DNA of 64,000 bases from Candidatus Falkowbacteria bacterium (GCA_043798985.1 JAZDOE010000002.1:22500-86499); one strand, 5' to 3'. Positions 18,012 to 29,913 are shown, counted from the stretch's first letter. Numbers and translations are program-made. The notes: generated by a model not told the origin, from the sequence alone.

Positions 18012-21000
18012 TCACGGCTTCACAATAATCTTTCCATTAAAATATGTCCAAGCTTTCGCAATAGAATCTTTACAATTCGCCGCTGAGTCATTCTTGACAG
18101 AGCCATAGCACCCTTTACCCGCGCCCTCACAACTTCCATTGCACCAATCCCAATTATCCAAAACCTGCACGCGCGGGAAATACACGCACGCGCCCTCTTC
18201 TCCAAAATCATGAATGTATGCCGGATCATAACACCCTTTCGCATAATCAGGATGAGCAACAACATAATCAGATGAAGCAGTCGTAGTTGTCGCTCCGTCA
18301 ACGCACGTTGGCAAAGTATCTATTTGCTTTTTCTTGCATTGATATAATCCAAAATAGCTAAAATATCCTTCCATGCACGCGCCAGAACTGTTTCCAAAAC
18401 TGCTTTCAACTACTTCGCACGCGGCCGCTGCTCCAGCCAGCTCGCAATCGCCCGCGTCCTTACACATCAATCCTTCGTAATCCTTACACTCTAACGTTCC
18501 GGCGCCAGCCTCATCACCGCACCATGGTTTGTGATTCTTATATCGCTGATTACTATTACCCGCGCCAATCACATCCGCGCCATTTCCAAAATCAACCATA
18601 ACCCTGCGCAAAGGCATGTGATCTCTGTCTGCCCACGCGTAAAACTCCAATTGCGCGGCCAGCACCTTATTCGCGCCCTTTTCCGGCACTGTGCCACTTA
18701 AGTATAAACCAACGTCAGTCTTAATGGCCAATGTATTCAAAATCGCTCGGTCAGTTCCATCTTCTGCTTTTATGTGCCCAGCCACCATCGGCGCAAATGT
18801 ATCAGTTCCTACCAAATCATCCGTTAAATTTGCGAATCCGACTGGTTCGTATGAAATATCCAAACCAAGCAAAGCATCGGTGATAGTCAAATTGCCTTGA
18901 ATTCCCGCACTATCCACAGTCTGCACAAATTGCTTTGCTCGTGGGGTATTATCTATTTTGACAGTATATTTATACGCCTGAAAAATATTCCTAAACAAAT
19001 TTCCCAATCTTAGTGTCACCGAATCTTTATTCAACAATCCTTTACCAACAAAACTAAAATCCGGCGCATCTTTTATTTTTATAGTATTTGCCGTCTCACC
19101 ACCTTTTACCACGCATTGATTCGCCGTTTTATCGCATTCAAACTGCTGACAATTAGAATCCGCATTGCACATCAAATTAAAATCCTTACACTCACCTAAT
19201 GAATACTCTTCCTCTAAAACTCCCGTTTGTGTGCAATAAGGAGTCAAAACCGAGCCACCCAAAGAATCATCAAACCAACTAGAGATAGTTTGGCTGGGAT
19301 AATATGGTTTACTATCAATCTCCTTTCCGTCTATATCCAGAATACTACCCTGCATTTTGTAACCCAAATCAACTTTTGCGGTATCTGCGTCAGCACAAAG
19401 AATAAAATGAAAACCCATGTTGCATTGATTTCCGGTATCATTTGGGGTTTTATTTTTCTTACACCCCAACGCAGGCTCAAACTCTATATACTCCGGATGA
19501 TCTAAGCTCTTTCCCTCTGGATACCCAATCTTTATCCATTGTTCCGGAGTCTCACAAAATATAAGCTTTGCGCCTTGAACCTGCACCTTATCACCTTGGT
19601 GCGCTCCACCGATCCGACACAGCACAATATTATCACATTGCCCGCCAAAAGGTTCTGCTTCTTCAAATATTGGTTTCTCACCTGGCATTCCATAATTTTC
19701 TGTTTTAGTATGTTTCCAATATTTGAATTCGTTATTAATAAACCCAAGATAGGAAACACTTTGTCCTCTCTCAGACTGCTGATAGTCTGAAATTGCTTTT
19801 GCTTGCTGTATAGTCGGACAAACTGATGTTATGTCACCTGCCAAGTCAGCGCATCCATCGCGCCATAACCAGTAAGCTTTGACGTCTGCTTCAATTAACG
19901 CGCCTGCGTCGTTTGTGGGGCACGCCTGACTTTTTATGTCTGTCCTATCACAAATCGGCTTTACGTCATTAAGATAACAATGGCTGTCCTCGGTACATGA
20001 ACTTGGTTTTGGCGCGATCGCTTCAAATTCAGCATAGCTCTTACCCCTACCCTCAGCGCCTTCTATGGCATCGCCCTCTTCGTCTGACACAGCAACACCA
20101 TAAAGCTGACCAGCACATTCCGCTGTCCCTGTAGCCGTATAAGAAGTTGGCAAGGTCAATGTATTGCCAGCCACGCAATAAGTTAATTCAATCAAATCCA
20201 TGACATCACTTTCTATTGTTGCTTTCTGCTTTGCATCCACCAACGCGTCAAGTTTCAGATTCATGCTTCCAAAATCTGATACCTGTGTTGCCTTATAAAA
20301 ACCAAATTGATCGCCGCCAATTACTACTGGCGCAACAATGTCTGTCAATTTCTTTTCGCTTTGAATCCTGTCTGTCCACGCCACCACCTGCGTCAATGGG
20401 TCATTGCCTTTGCCGCCCTCTGTCACTTGCGCCACTTCATAGCATCCCAAACCATAATCAAATTGGTTTACGTCCTCTAATTTCTTCATGACCTCGCTAA
20501 ACGGATAACCAGTATATTCAAATCCCGTTGACTGCACCGGATAACCCGGTCCTTCGCAATATCTATATGGAATGTATAAGGTGCTGAAAAACTTATCCGC
20601 GTCTGCTGTGCTGTCATTGTCAATCTGCACGCTCGACAAATCCCAAAGACTTGTCACACTGACTGGCGAATTATAATACATTCCCGGAAAACAAGTTTTG
20701 CCATTATGCTCTGCTATCTTATATGTCTCAAATTGTTCCCACATCTCGTCCGCATGTTCAGGATTTTCCAAGTCTTGAACCCGTTGTTGTGTAATATTCA
20801 ACTTTGACCCATACGGAACGCAGAACATTCCGCATTCAAATTTTGCTTCCTTATCCTGACCCTTTTTGCTTGATTTTTCATTCTGCTGTTCACATTTATA
20901 CTCCAACGAATCAGATTGCTTTGGGTCGGACGAATCCAATGTCGGTTCACCAGGTGGACCAAAAACAGGAAAATACCCGTTTGGACATTTCTCTTCATTA

Positions 21001-24000
21001 GGTGCTTTCACATACGCGTCAACACAACGCGTGCGCTCTGCTGTCGCTTCGTCTGGCTCACAATCATTACCCGCAAAATCTGTAAAATTATCTGGTATAT
21101 CTTTTTCTCCTTCTCCGTGTTTTTCTTCTCCCATCAATTGCCACAAACAATCTTCAAACTTTGGCTTAAATAATGCAATATCCTTGCACTCGTCTGTCCA
21201 GTCATCCTGCAAATGTGCCGCATAAGTCACTGACTCCTGTAATGCTCCAATCATCTTGAAATAGGTCTGTTGTCCACAAGCAGCCTCAACGTCTTTTACG
21301 ACTGGGCTGCACTCCTGCTTCGTTGCCATTGGATATTGAAACAACGCTGGCTCAATACAATAATAATTGCCAGAATCTGCTGGCGGAACATAGCCGGCAT
21401 CCGCAGAATAATTATTCAAATCCAATGTCCCTGACGGGACATCAACAGGATACCATGACAAACACGGATGCTGGTCTTTTTTGCCATAAACAATATTCGT
21501 AGAATCTTTTTCCAGACAATAACCATCCCAGCCCTTATAAACGCTTACAGTATCTTTGTCCTTCTTTAGACACTGCCCACAAGTTTCTGCTATGCCCGCA
21601 GTCGGTGGTTTTTCTGTAAGCTTATCAACATAAAAATACGGACCTTGTGGATCGCACATTTTTAAATTTTCAAGTCCTTTCATGCAGTTTTTCGTGCAAG
21701 TCATTGCTCTGCCATCATGATCATTTTCGCAAATCCATTCGGGCTTGCTTTCATTGCCCATCGCAAAATAAAGCTCGCGCGCCTTATTGCCATAAGTCAC
21801 TTTCTGATAGCCACACCCGCAATCAGCAGGATTAACGCAGATAAGAGCGCCGCCATAATCCTCTTTGTTTCCTTCACCTGATGATCCGCCCGTTAACTTC
21901 AAAACTGAACCCGGGAATGGTGAATTTTCCTCTGGATACGCGCGGCAACTCCCATAAGCCTTTGGTACTGGAGTATTCAATTTTGTGCCATCAACATTTT
22001 TCACACACACCTTATCTTTTTCAGCGCAAATAAAATCATTGGATGCAATATTATCATTATCAGCCGGGCACACCTTGCCAGCGCCGCACGATGGCCCGAC
22101 AAAAACCAATCCATAGCCATAGTTCTCTGCTCTTTCCGCGGCTTTCAACGTGTGCAAAGGATATTGTCCGGGCACAGTATAGCCCGCGTATTCTATTCCA
22201 TCAAAACCAGTATTGCGCTTTGTATATTGAGGGGGTGAAAATGCTGAAACATTTTTATAATCGTCTTCTGAAATGTACACCTCAATCTCTGAACAAGTTT
22301 CAGTTCCATCTGCCAGTTTTGTGCACAAACCCAAAACATCGCATTTCTTTTCATACTGATTCCTCTGCGAAATCCATTCCCAATGTCCGCCAACGCATGT
22401 GTACCATTCTTTGCACTGTCTTTCTCGTATAACTTTCAAAATCGTATTTGAATCATAGGCGTTTCTATATTGCAATGGCGCGCATAGCGTGTTATAAGCT
22501 CCAGTTGCATCTGGGGGCGTGGGTGTACATTTTGGTTCTTTCTGTATTTTCGACGTGCATAAGCATTCTTTTATTTCAAACGGATTAACAAATGTCGTCA
22601 AGCAATAACCGCTATTCGCTATAGTTTGCCCTTGCAAATCTGCTAAATCTTCAAGCATACATTGCTTGAATTCCGGGCACGCTGGCACTGGGCATTGGGT
22701 CAAAGCTGTGTCTATGTCTGCCTTGCCAACTGGCGCAATGACCGCGTAATTCTTTGCCGCGCTATTCAAATACGTTTGCGCTGACGCAAAACCAAGTTGA
22801 GGATTGCTTGTGTCATTAAACAGCACACAACCTTTAAGCTGGCTCACACCATTGCCGCAGGATTTTTTATCCAAAACTTCATCATTCAAATAATAATATG
22901 GCCGCCCAACAGGATTCTGCGACTTGTCACTCGGGTCAACGAATGCTGTGCATTTGTCATATTTATTTTGGCAAATACCGGCCCAGCCCGTAAAATCCGC
23001 GTCAGTGACACGCAACAAATTATTCACGCCATCTTGATAATATTGCTTGGCCTCGCATGAAATAGGCTTGCCCTTCACGTCTTTGTCGTATTTTGCAAAC
23101 CAACCAGTAACCGTGCTTACAGAACCATCGTCTGCTGTTTGCTCAACCTTTTTCCATTCGCAAACTTGCTCACCCGGGTCAAACAAGTACAGTGTTTTGT
23201 TGTCAGTTGTCGCAAAGCTTTCACACCCCAAACCGCTGTATTGGCACAAAGTTTCTACAAATTCGTCAGGATCAACTTTAAAATAAACTTCGTTCCAGCT
23301 TGTTTCCGGCGTCTGGTTGCCGCCATTAGTGTAACAAATGCCATCTGCTTCGCTCCAAATGCCATTAATCTTCGTGCATTTGGCTTTATCGGTAAGTGGC
23401 TTTAATTTGCCTTCTGAATTTAAACTCGGAGTTCCAAGCGCCGTGCAACCTTCGTTATCTTTTGAGCATTGCACGCTTTTGTCATTGACTAAATAAATCA
23501 ACTGGTCAGCTTTTATTGTTAAATAATTTCCTTCCCAACATTTATTGGTTTTCATATCCCAGACATCGCCGGCGAGTAAACAAAGCTCCTTGCTCGTCTT
23601 GCCAATGCCAGAACCTCCCGCGCACGGAAACGTCTGACAGTTACCCAAAACCCCAGCCGTACACCAATATAAGTTAGTCGCACTCGGAAGATCTTTTTTA
23701 AACGCATTAAAAATCAAAGGATTATTCTTGTCGCACAACGCTTGAAGGTTAGCTTGCGTGATTTCTTGCTGTTGCGGCGTTCCCTGCAAAAATTTTTCCG
23801 AGAACGGATTGTCAGAATTATGCTTGTCAATAAACGCCTCACAACCAACCGCGACAATCGGGCAAAGTTTTGTAAAACTCTTTAAGAAATGAGTGCCGCC
23901 AACGCGATCCTTGTATTCAGCACAGCCAATCATTGCCTGCGGCAAAATCTTATTGTCCAAAGTCTGATTGCAAATCGCTGGCACAGTGTTAATCGCTGTT

Positions 24001-27000
24001 TGTTTCAACAAATAATATGTATCAACGGTAGTGTAAAGTTTAATATCATCAAGCCACAACTTGGCGTCCGCGCCAAATTGCTTTTCTAATTTCAAAGTCA
24101 ATTTTTTAATATCCGCTAAAATATCAGCGCCCACAAAAAAGTCTTTTGTATTATAATAATGCCATTCATTGTTATTTTGCAAAGTGACAGCTGTATTATT
24201 CTGGAACGATTTGCCCGCATCGCCCAAAACCTTTACACCGACTATTGCCTGCGCGTCTTTTGCCAAAGTATGCTTCGCCCAAAAACTCAAGCGATAATGT
24301 GTGCCAGCGAAAATCTTGCCTGTCAAATCATTTTCAGTTGATTGAACGTTAATGTCCAGCAACAAAGAATGCCCGCCAGAATAAAGCGACTCTGAACTAA
24401 CAACACCCGGCTTCCAAGCTTGATAGGTTGCGCCAATTGGCTCAAATTCCAAACACTTTTTTGTGCTATTCTGCCAATAATATCCAGCGTAACTGCACAT
24501 CTCTGCTTTTGTTTTTTCTTGCGGAATATTGTGTTCAAGGAACTTACAAATTCCTTTCGCTGCGTCCCACGAGATTGGGTTCACAATAACAGAGTCAGCG
24601 TCAACATAATATGTTTTTGCTGGATTACATAAAGCATCTTGAACATTGATTTCTACTGGAACTTTAATGGCTTCTTGCTCAAACGTCGCGTTTAACACTG
24701 ACTCAACATTGCCGGCCTGCGAACCTTGATATTCGCGGCAACCCGCGTTCGTTTTGCTACACACCCTTCCTTCTTTTGGAATTGCCATATAGACGCAAGC
24801 TTCATCTTCCCAGCTTCCGCCAAAAGATTCGCAATCTGTTTTATTCCCAATTGTACGACGATATGGATGGCAATCTACTGAACAAGTGATTGTTTTTGTA
24901 TATAAATGGTATGATTTTTTACCAGTGTCAGAATAAAATTCACGGCAATCTGAAACTTTTTTGTTTGCCAAATTTTGATTATAAATTGTTTGGTTGCAGA
25001 ACGTGGAATCATCGTTCGTAGTAATATCTGGCTGACCATTTTTGTCCTCATCCCGCAAAGCATAGGTAAGCAACTGATAACCGCTTACATCAGACCCTGT
25101 CCATGTGTAAAATGGGCTGCACTTTGGATCGCTTTTTTCATCAGGAACTTCCGGGTTATTGTCCGGCACTGGCCTATAGCACAACCGCAATTCAGAATAA
25201 TATTCCTTGCCCTCGCCGCCTTTTTCCACAACCTCCAAATTCGTAAATTCGTCGCATCCTGCCTGTTCAGCCGAACAAGTCTGCGCTGTTTGCGGAATCA
25301 TGTAAAAAGGAAAAATATTAGCTTCAAAGTTTGACGCCATTTGCTCAAAAACATCATAGCCCGCGCAGGTTGACGGACAATAATCATAATAACTTGGCAC
25401 GCCAACAACTGACACGTTGGTTTGCTTATTTGTAAATTGCTCGCAACCAACCTCGTCAGCGCTGCACATTTTCGCGAATTTTCCGCAAGCATTCGCGTCA
25501 TCATCAATCTTAATATTTTTTCTCAAATACGGCGTTCCAACTACTCCCGCAATATCTTTGCCAGCGTCATCTATCATGTTATAGCATTGATAATAATCTG
25601 GCGCGCGTTTCAAAAACGCTGCGCCGCCTTCGCCATATGGTTTAAACTTTGACGCAGTATATCCGTACAAAAACGGATCTATTTCCTCAATCATTGCCGC
25701 GTCAACATTAATAGTGCCTGTGCCATCAGAAGTCGAGAACGCCAAACGCAAACTATTTACATAGGGCTTTGTTTCAATAACAATATATTTTCTAATCCAC
25801 TGATTTTTAGGAGTCGCATTATTCCAAACATTGTCGCTATCTTTCACCATTCCATCAAAAACCGTGCCATTATCCTTACTGCAACGCGCGTCCAATTTCC
25901 ACGTGCCTGTCAACTCTCCCGGAATAAGAACATACCCAGAAAAAGCAAAAAACCGCGGAATCGGCTGTGGCGCGATCTTTATTGTATCTACTGGGTTGTT
26001 TCCAACCTGCAACCCTGCCCCGTTTGGGTTTATGCTCAAAACCTGAACTTTTATTGCTTGCGAGCCAGAAAAGACCGTATCTTTTATTATTGTCAAAGTT
26101 GCTTTGTTTTGAACAGAATTCCAACCCGGCGTTACGGAACCAGCGCTCGTGTCTTCAAAATCAGCATTTGGCAAAATATTTAAACCAATGCCCGGCTTTT
26201 CTTCAATAAAATTGGAACAACCCTCGGCGCTTGGCGCGCAAGTTTTTTCCGTAAGCTTTGCGTTGGCTAACAATTTGTATTGCTCATCCTGCGACCAATT
26301 GTTTGCGTTTTTCCACGCGCTATACCATTTACAACCAACATTTTGTTCATTGCAAGTTAAACTGTCCTCAATCAAAGTATTTTTTAAATAATCAAAAGCT
26401 TTGTTGTCGCGCCTGACTAAACTCAAACAACTGTCATACTGGCCCAAACATTTCTCACCATCCAATTTCCAAACGTTTTCCTCGGCGCGGCAATAACCCC
26501 AGCCGCCAACGCATTTTCCATTTTCATCAACGCGCACGCAATCCTGCGTATCAACACAAACCTCTTGCCTCGAATCACCGCCTTTGGCGTACAACATATC
26601 ATTATATCCTTGCACGCGGCAGCGCTGAAGCGGGGCCATTAACAGCCAGTTCGGGTCAACCAAATGATACCAAGAACTATTTTGATCATAAAAACCTTTT
26701 ATTGCCTCGCCCAAAGTGACTGGCGTGCCTTTTTGCTCTGCTATTTTTGCTGCCATTTCCCAACCAACCGGCAAAATGCGAGCTTTGCGCAATTTCACCA
26801 AATTACCATAGCAATACCCCTGCATGTAGCACTCGCTATTGGTGTTTTTTTCAACATCCGCAGTAAGCGGCCAATCTGGATTCAAATCTTTTTGGTCAAT
26901 CGCTTGTTGAACTGTCAATGCCTTGCCAGAAGACGATTCTGCGACAGCATCATAAAAATTCTCATCTAACACGCAATTATTTATGCTCCGAATATTGTTT

Positions 27001-28163
27001 CCAGCTGCGCTGGCATTCGGACAAAACATGAATTCTTCAAGCAAATTGATTTCTTTATAAGAATACGCGACATTAACGGTCTTGAGCGCCAGAATCGCTT
27101 TTTCCGTGCCTTTTTCTATATCATAAACTTTTTCTTTTGGATTATACGACTCGCTTGCGCTGGCAAATCCGCGCATAATCGCTTTGCGGATCGCTTCCAT
27201 AATTCCTCTGGACATCAAAGTGTTCACAAAAGTTGAAAGCATTTGTTCAGGAATATCTTCTATCACACTTGTCGCAACATCATACGAACTTTCCGTAACT
27301 GATTCTGATCGCACAATATCTCTCTCTGCCATGCCACTTGTGACGCTTGCCGGAGCTACAACCTTGGTTCCGATCTGATTCTTTTGCACTTTCCATCCAC
27401 GCGCCTCCTGCCGTTCTTTTTCTTTCGCATCCTGCTCTTCCGCGGCTTGCGCCAAAATCTGGTCATTAAAAGTCAAATAAAGACCAAACGGATTTTTCGT
27501 TGGCGCGAATGCCAAAGCAACCGTATCAAGCGCTGTAAGCGAAGCCGCTTCTGGACTCTTAAATTTCTCCTTCCATTCATCAGCAAAATTTTCCCAATTA
27601 TCAAGTACATTGGTTGGAGTACAATATGGCTGCGGTCGCGGCATCAAATCGTGCATTTGTCCCAAATTGGTTGTAAGCCAAATTTTAAAATCAAGTTTTG
27701 GCGCGCAAATGTCAAAGCCAGTCGCGGCATAAATTCCTTCCGCGATATATTCAATCACATTGCCGGCGGCGTATTCATATTCGCTTTTCAACATTTCTTT
27801 CCATCCTTGCGTTTCAAACAATGGTCCCTTGCCCCAATCACCGGTCGCGATCATATCAACCGCTGACTCTGCCGCGCTCTTTGCTAAATACAACGCGACA
27901 TTGCGCAACGTCACAGACGCGGTCAAAACCATTGTTTTCCAAAGTTCATCTTCAACTCTTGTCTCAACTTTATCTTTTATTTTTTCAGCCTGATCGCCAG
28001 TATGATAAATCTGCCGCTGCGTAAAAGCGAATTGATCAAAAACAACTCCCCCAACCTGCGCCTTTGCCGGCATAACGGAAACAAAAATAGAAAGCAAAAA
28101 TATTGCCAAAACTCCAGTGATTATAACTTTGTATCTTGAACCCAATATCATATATTGAAACAT
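18012..28163 (-). CDS. giant secreted cysteine-rich protein (3383 aa)
   Basis: single uninterrupted ORF, N-terminal signal peptide, Cys-rich throughout; plus-strand ORFs inside are spurious. Confidence 0.8.
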   Translation of the reverse strand: MFQYMILGSRYKVIITGVLAIFLLSIFVSVMPAKAQVGGVVFDQFAFTQRQIYHTGDQAEKIKDKVETRVEDELWKTMVLTASVTLRNVALYLAKSAAESAVDMIATGDWGKGPLFETQGWKEMLKSEYEYAAGNVIEYIAEGIYAATGFDICAPKLDFKIWLTTNLGQMHDLMPRPQPYCTPTNVLDNWENFADEWKEKFKSPEAASLTALDTVALAFAPTKNPFGLYLTFNDQILAQAAEEQDAKEKERQEARGWKVQKNQIGTKVVAPASVTSGMAERDIVRSESVTESSYDVATSVIEDIPEQMLSTFVNTLMSRGIMEAIRKAIMRGFASASESYNPKEKVYDIEKGTEKAILALKTVNVAYSYKEINLLEEFMFCPNASAAGNNIRSINNCVLDENFYDAVAESSSGKALTVQQAIDQKDLNPDWPLTADVEKNTNSECYMQGYCYGNLVKLRKARILPVGWEMAAKIAEQKGTPVTLGEAIKGFYDQNSSWYHLVDPNWLLMAPLQRCRVQGYNDMLYAKGGDSRQEVCVDTQDCVRVDENGKCVGGWGYCRAEENVWKLDGEKCLGQYDSCLSLVRRDNKAFDYLKNTLIEDSLTCNEQNVGCKWYSAWKNANNWSQDEQYKLLANAKLTEKTCAPSAEGCSNFIEEKPGIGLNILPNADFEDTSAGSVTPGWNSVQNKATLTIIKDTVFSGSQAIKVQVLSINPNGAGLQVGNNPVDTIKIAPQPIPRFFAFSGYVLIPGELTGTWKLDARCSKDNGTVFDGMVKDSDNVWNNATPKNQWIRKYIVIETKPYVNSLRLAFSTSDGTGTINVDAAMIEEIDPFLYGYTASKFKPYGEGGAAFLKRAPDYYQCYNMIDDAGKDIAGVVGTPYLRKNIKIDDDANACGKFAKMCSADEVGCEQFTNKQTNVSVVGVPSYYDYCPSTCAGYDVFEQMASNFEANIFPFYMIPQTAQTCSAEQAGCDEFTNLEVVEKGGEGKEYYSELRLCYRPVPDNNPEVPDEKSDPKCSPFYTWTGSDVSGYQLLTYALRDEDKNGQPDITTNDDSTFCNQTIYNQNLANKKVSDCREFYSDTGKKSYHLYTKTITCSVDCHPYRRTIGNKTDCESFGGSWEDEACVYMAIPKEGRVCSKTNAGCREYQGSQAGNVESVLNATFEQEAIKVPVEINVQDALCNPAKTYYVDADSVIVNPISWDAAKGICKFLEHNIPQEKTKAEMCSYAGYYWQNSTKKCLEFEPIGATYQAWKPGVVSSESLYSGGHSLLLDINVQSTENDLTGKIFAGTHYRLSFWAKHTLAKDAQAIVGVKVLGDAGKSFQNNTAVTLQNNNEWHYYNTKDFFVGADILADIKKLTLKLEKQFGADAKLWLDDIKLYTTVDTYYLLKQTAINTVPAICNQTLDNKILPQAMIGCAEYKDRVGGTHFLKSFTKLCPIVAVGCEAFIDKHNSDNPFSEKFLQGTPQQQEITQANLQALCDKNNPLIFNAFKKDLPSATNLYWCTAGVLGNCQTFPCAGGSGIGKTSKELCLLAGDVWDMKTNKCWEGNYLTIKADQLIYLVNDKSVQCSKDNEGCTALGTPSLNSEGKLKPLTDKAKCTKINGIWSEADGICYTNGGNQTPETSWNEVYFKVDPDEFVETLCQYSGLGCESFATTDNKTLYLFDPGEQVCEWKKVEQTADDGSVSTVTGWFAKYDKDVKGKPISCEAKQYYQDGVNNLLRVTDADFTGWAGICQNKYDKCTAFVDPSDKSQNPVGRPYYYLNDEVLDKKSCGNGVSQLKGCVLFNDTSNPQLGFASAQTYLNSAAKNYAVIAPVGKADIDTALTQCPVPACPEFKQCMLEDLADLQGQTIANSGYCLTTFVNPFEIKECLCTSKIQKEPKCTPTPPDATGAYNTLCAPLQYRNAYDSNTILKVIRERQCKEWYTCVGGHWEWISQRNQYEKKCDVLGLCTKLADGTETCSEIEVYISEDDYKNVSAFSPPQYTKRNTGFDGIEYAGYTVPGQYPLHTLKAAERAENYGYGLVFVGPSCGAGKVCPADNDNIASNDFICAEKDKVCVKNVDGTKLNTPVPKAYGSCRAYPEENSPFPGSVLKLTGGSSGEGNKEDYGGALICVNPADCGCGYQKVTYGNKARELYFAMGNESKPEWICENDHDGRAMTCTKNCMKGLENLKMCDPQGPYFYVDKLTEKPPTAGIAETCGQCLKKDKDTVSVYKGWDGYCLEKDSTNIVYGKKDQHPCLSWYPVDVPSGTLDLNNYSADAGYVPPADSGNYYCIEPALFQYPMATKQECSPVVKDVEAACGQQTYFKMIGALQESVTYAAHLQDDWTDECKDIALFKPKFEDCLWQLMGEEKHGEGEKDIPDNFTDFAGNDCEPDEATAERTRCVDAYVKAPNEEKCPNGYFPVFGPPGEPTLDSSDPKQSDSLEYKCEQQNEKSSKKGQDKEAKFECGMFCVPYGSKLNITQQRVQDLENPEHADEMWEQFETYKIAEHNGKTCFPGMYYNSPVSVTSLWDLSSVQIDNDSTADADKFFSTLYIPYRYCEGPGYPVQSTGFEYTGYPFSEVMKKLEDVNQFDYGLGCYEVAQVTEGGKGNDPLTQVVAWTDRIQSEKKLTDIVAPVVIGGDQFGFYKATQVSDFGSMNLKLDALVDAKQKATIESDVMDLIELTYCVAGNTLTLPTSYTATGTAECAGQLYGVAVSDEEGDAIEGAEGRGKSYAEFEAIAPKPSSCTEDSHCYLNDVKPICDRTDIKSQACPTNDAGALIEADVKAYWLWRDGCADLAGDITSVCPTIQQAKAISDYQQSERGQSVSYLGFINNEFKYWKHTKTENYGMPGEKPIFEEAEPFGGQCDNIVLCRIGGAHQGDKVQVQGAKLIFCETPEQWIKIGYPEGKSLDHPEYIEFEPALGCKKNKTPNDTGNQCNMGFHFILCADADTAKVDLGYKMQGSILDIDGKEIDSKPYYPSQTISSWFDDSLGGSVLTPYCTQTGVLEEEYSLGECKDFNLMCNADSNCQQFECDKTANQCVVKGGETANTIKIKDAPDFSFVGKGLLNKDSVTLRLGNLFRNIFQAYKYTVKIDNTPRAKQFVQTVDSAGIQGNLTITDALLGLDISYEPVGFANLTDDLVGTDTFAPMVAGHIKAEDGTDRAILNTLAIKTDVGLYLSGTVPEKGANKVLAAQLEFYAWADRDHMPLRRVMVDFGNGADVIGAGNSNQRYKNHKPWCGDEAGAGTLECKDYEGLMCKDAGDCELAGAAAACEVVESSFGNSSGACMEGYFSYFGLYQCKKKQIDTLPTCVDGATTTTASSDYVVAHPDYAKGCYDPAYIHDFGEEGACVYFPRVQVLDNWDWCNGSCEGAGKGCYGSVKNDSAANCKDSIAKAWTYFNGKIIVKP

Positions 28164-28208
28164 TGTGATTTCGTGCTTCGTGCTTGTTTCGGATTTAGTG
28201 CTTCGTGC
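28164..28208. repeat. AT-rich repeat module (AATGTT.. / TTCGTGCTTCGTGCTT) between TSP3 protein gene and giant gene
   Basis: same motifs as 11119-11266. Confidence 0.6.
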
Positions 28209-28985
28209 TTATTTTCCTGCTGTTTGTTTCAACGCATCCTGATAAAGTTGCTGTAATGTCGCGTCATCAATTCCATTCAGCATTTCATCGCTCACTCCTT
28301 GCTGTTTTAACAATGCTTTTAATTCTGCTGTTGAATATTGCTTGCCCGCCGACGAGGCGGGCGTCGTTCCAGTTACCTGCCCCGCCAGCGGCGCAGTTTC
28401 GCCAGATCCAATGTTCAGCGCGTCCTGATAAACTTTCAACAATTCAGAATCGCTGATTTTTTGCAAATCAGCTTCTGTGAACGCGCCTGTCGCGACCAAT
28501 GCTTGGCGGATCTGGTCAGGCGTCGCGTTTGCCAAGTCAGTCAAGTCTGTCGCGCTAGAACCGGCCGTATTGGTTGTTGCCAACACTTCTGACGTAAAAC
28601 AATTTTGACCTTTTGGACAATTTGGATCATTGCCAGAATCTATTTCAGTTTTATCGTCAAAACTATCGCTGTCGCTATCTGCCAAATATGGGCTTGTGCC
28701 GTAAATACTCAATTCGTCATAATCGCTGATTTTGTCCTGATCAGTATCCATTGTTTTCAAATCCGCGTCAGAAGTTATCGCAGTATTGCTCGTGGTTTGC
28801 TGTGCTGTTTTTCCGGAGTTTGGCAACTCTAAACCAATAATGCTGCGAAATTCCCAGACGCTCAAACCAATCACCGCAATACCAATCACGCAGACAAAAA
28901 TCAACGAAAAAATTTGATGCCGCTCTAATCGCCGCGTCTGTGGTTGAAACGATTCCTGCCCCTCGGGAAGCGCCATGTCTTCCAT
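28209..28985 (-). CDS. membrane-anchored protein with thrombospondin type-3-like Ca-binding repeats (DxDxD)
   Basis: one TM helix, DSDSDSFDDKTEIDSGNDPNCP motif; immediately upstream of giant gene, same strand. Confidence 0.6.
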   Translation of the reverse strand: MEDMALPEGQESFQPQTRRLERHQIFSLIFVCVIGIAVIGLSVWEFRSIIGLELPNSGKTAQQTTSNTAITSDADLKTMDTDQDKISDYDELSIYGTSPYLADSDSDSFDDKTEIDSGNDPNCPKGQNCFTSEVLATTNTAGSSATDLTDLANATPDQIRQALVATGAFTEADLQKISDSELLKVYQDALNIGSGETAPLAGQVTGTTPASSAGKQYSTAELKALLKQQGVSDEMLNGIDDATLQQLYQDALKQTAGK

Positions 28986-29063
28986 ATAATGTGATTATAT
29001 TATAACACAAACATGGATAATAAAAAAACCACAATTTTGTGGATAAATACATACTTCGTAATT

Positions 29064-29910
29064 TTAAATTTTGAATTTCGAAATTCTTATCCAATTTTCC
29101 ACGCTTAAATCTTCAGCTCTCGCGGTTTCTTTCAAACCAGCGGTCAACAACATTTTTTTCGCTTCGTCTTTTGTAATTCCCAGTCCTGCGGACAAATTAT
29201 TTTGCAGTTGTTTTCTTTTTGCCGCGAATCCCATTCGCGCGAGTCTGAATAAATTCTTGGCCTTCAACTGTTCAGCGTTGTCCAATCGTTTAATGCCTGC
29301 TAATTTTATAATTGCTGAATCAACTTCTGGCGTTGGCAGGAAATTTCCAGCCGCGACATCAGCGACAATTTCTGGTCGCGAATAATACTGACAAGAAAGC
29401 CCTAGCAAATTCATGTCCCCGGGTTTTGCGACGATTCTTTGCGCAACTTCTTTTTGAACCAGCAAAACCATTGCGGTCAACGGTGTTTCAACTTCCAAAA
29501 ATCTGCGCAAAAAATGGCTGGTAATTTGATATGGAATGTTCGCGACAATTTTATATGGTTCACCCTGAAAAAAATCTTCAATGTCCTGTATCGGTAATTT
29601 TAAAATATCCGCCTCAACAAGTTTATATTCAACATTTTTGCGACCAACCAACAAAGATCTCATTTCCTGTTTCAAAACAAAAACCAGCGTCCGATCAATC
29701 TCAACTGCCAAAACTCGTTTCGCGCGTTGAATCAACTCTTTTGTCAAAACTCCCAGCCCCGCGCCAACTTCCAAAACATTGTCTGTCTTTTTCAAATCCG
29801 CGGCATCAACAATTTTTTCCAAAATCGCAGGATTAACCAAAAAATTCTGCCCCAAATTATGTTTTGGCTTTATTCCGTATTTTTTCATTATCAACCCGAT
29901 ATTTTGCATA
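29064..29910 (-). CDS. ksgA: 16S rRNA (adenine1518/1519-N6)-dimethyltransferase
   Basis: GQNFL motif, SAM-binding VLEVGAGLGVLT; start placed at M9 of track ORF, which coincides with the end of the duplicated segment and avoids overlap with hicA. Confidence 0.85.
29807..29910. repeat. direct repeat copy 1 (104 bp, ksgA 5' end); copy 2 at 32155-32256 with 1 mismatch
   Basis: direct comparison. Confidence 0.9.
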
Positions 29911-29913
29911 TAC

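Noticed and set aside
18691-27993. Numerous 60-160 aa plus-strand ORFs inside the 3383-aa gene
   Set aside because: All are embedded antisense in one uninterrupted 10-kb minus-strand ORF. They show no independent signals.
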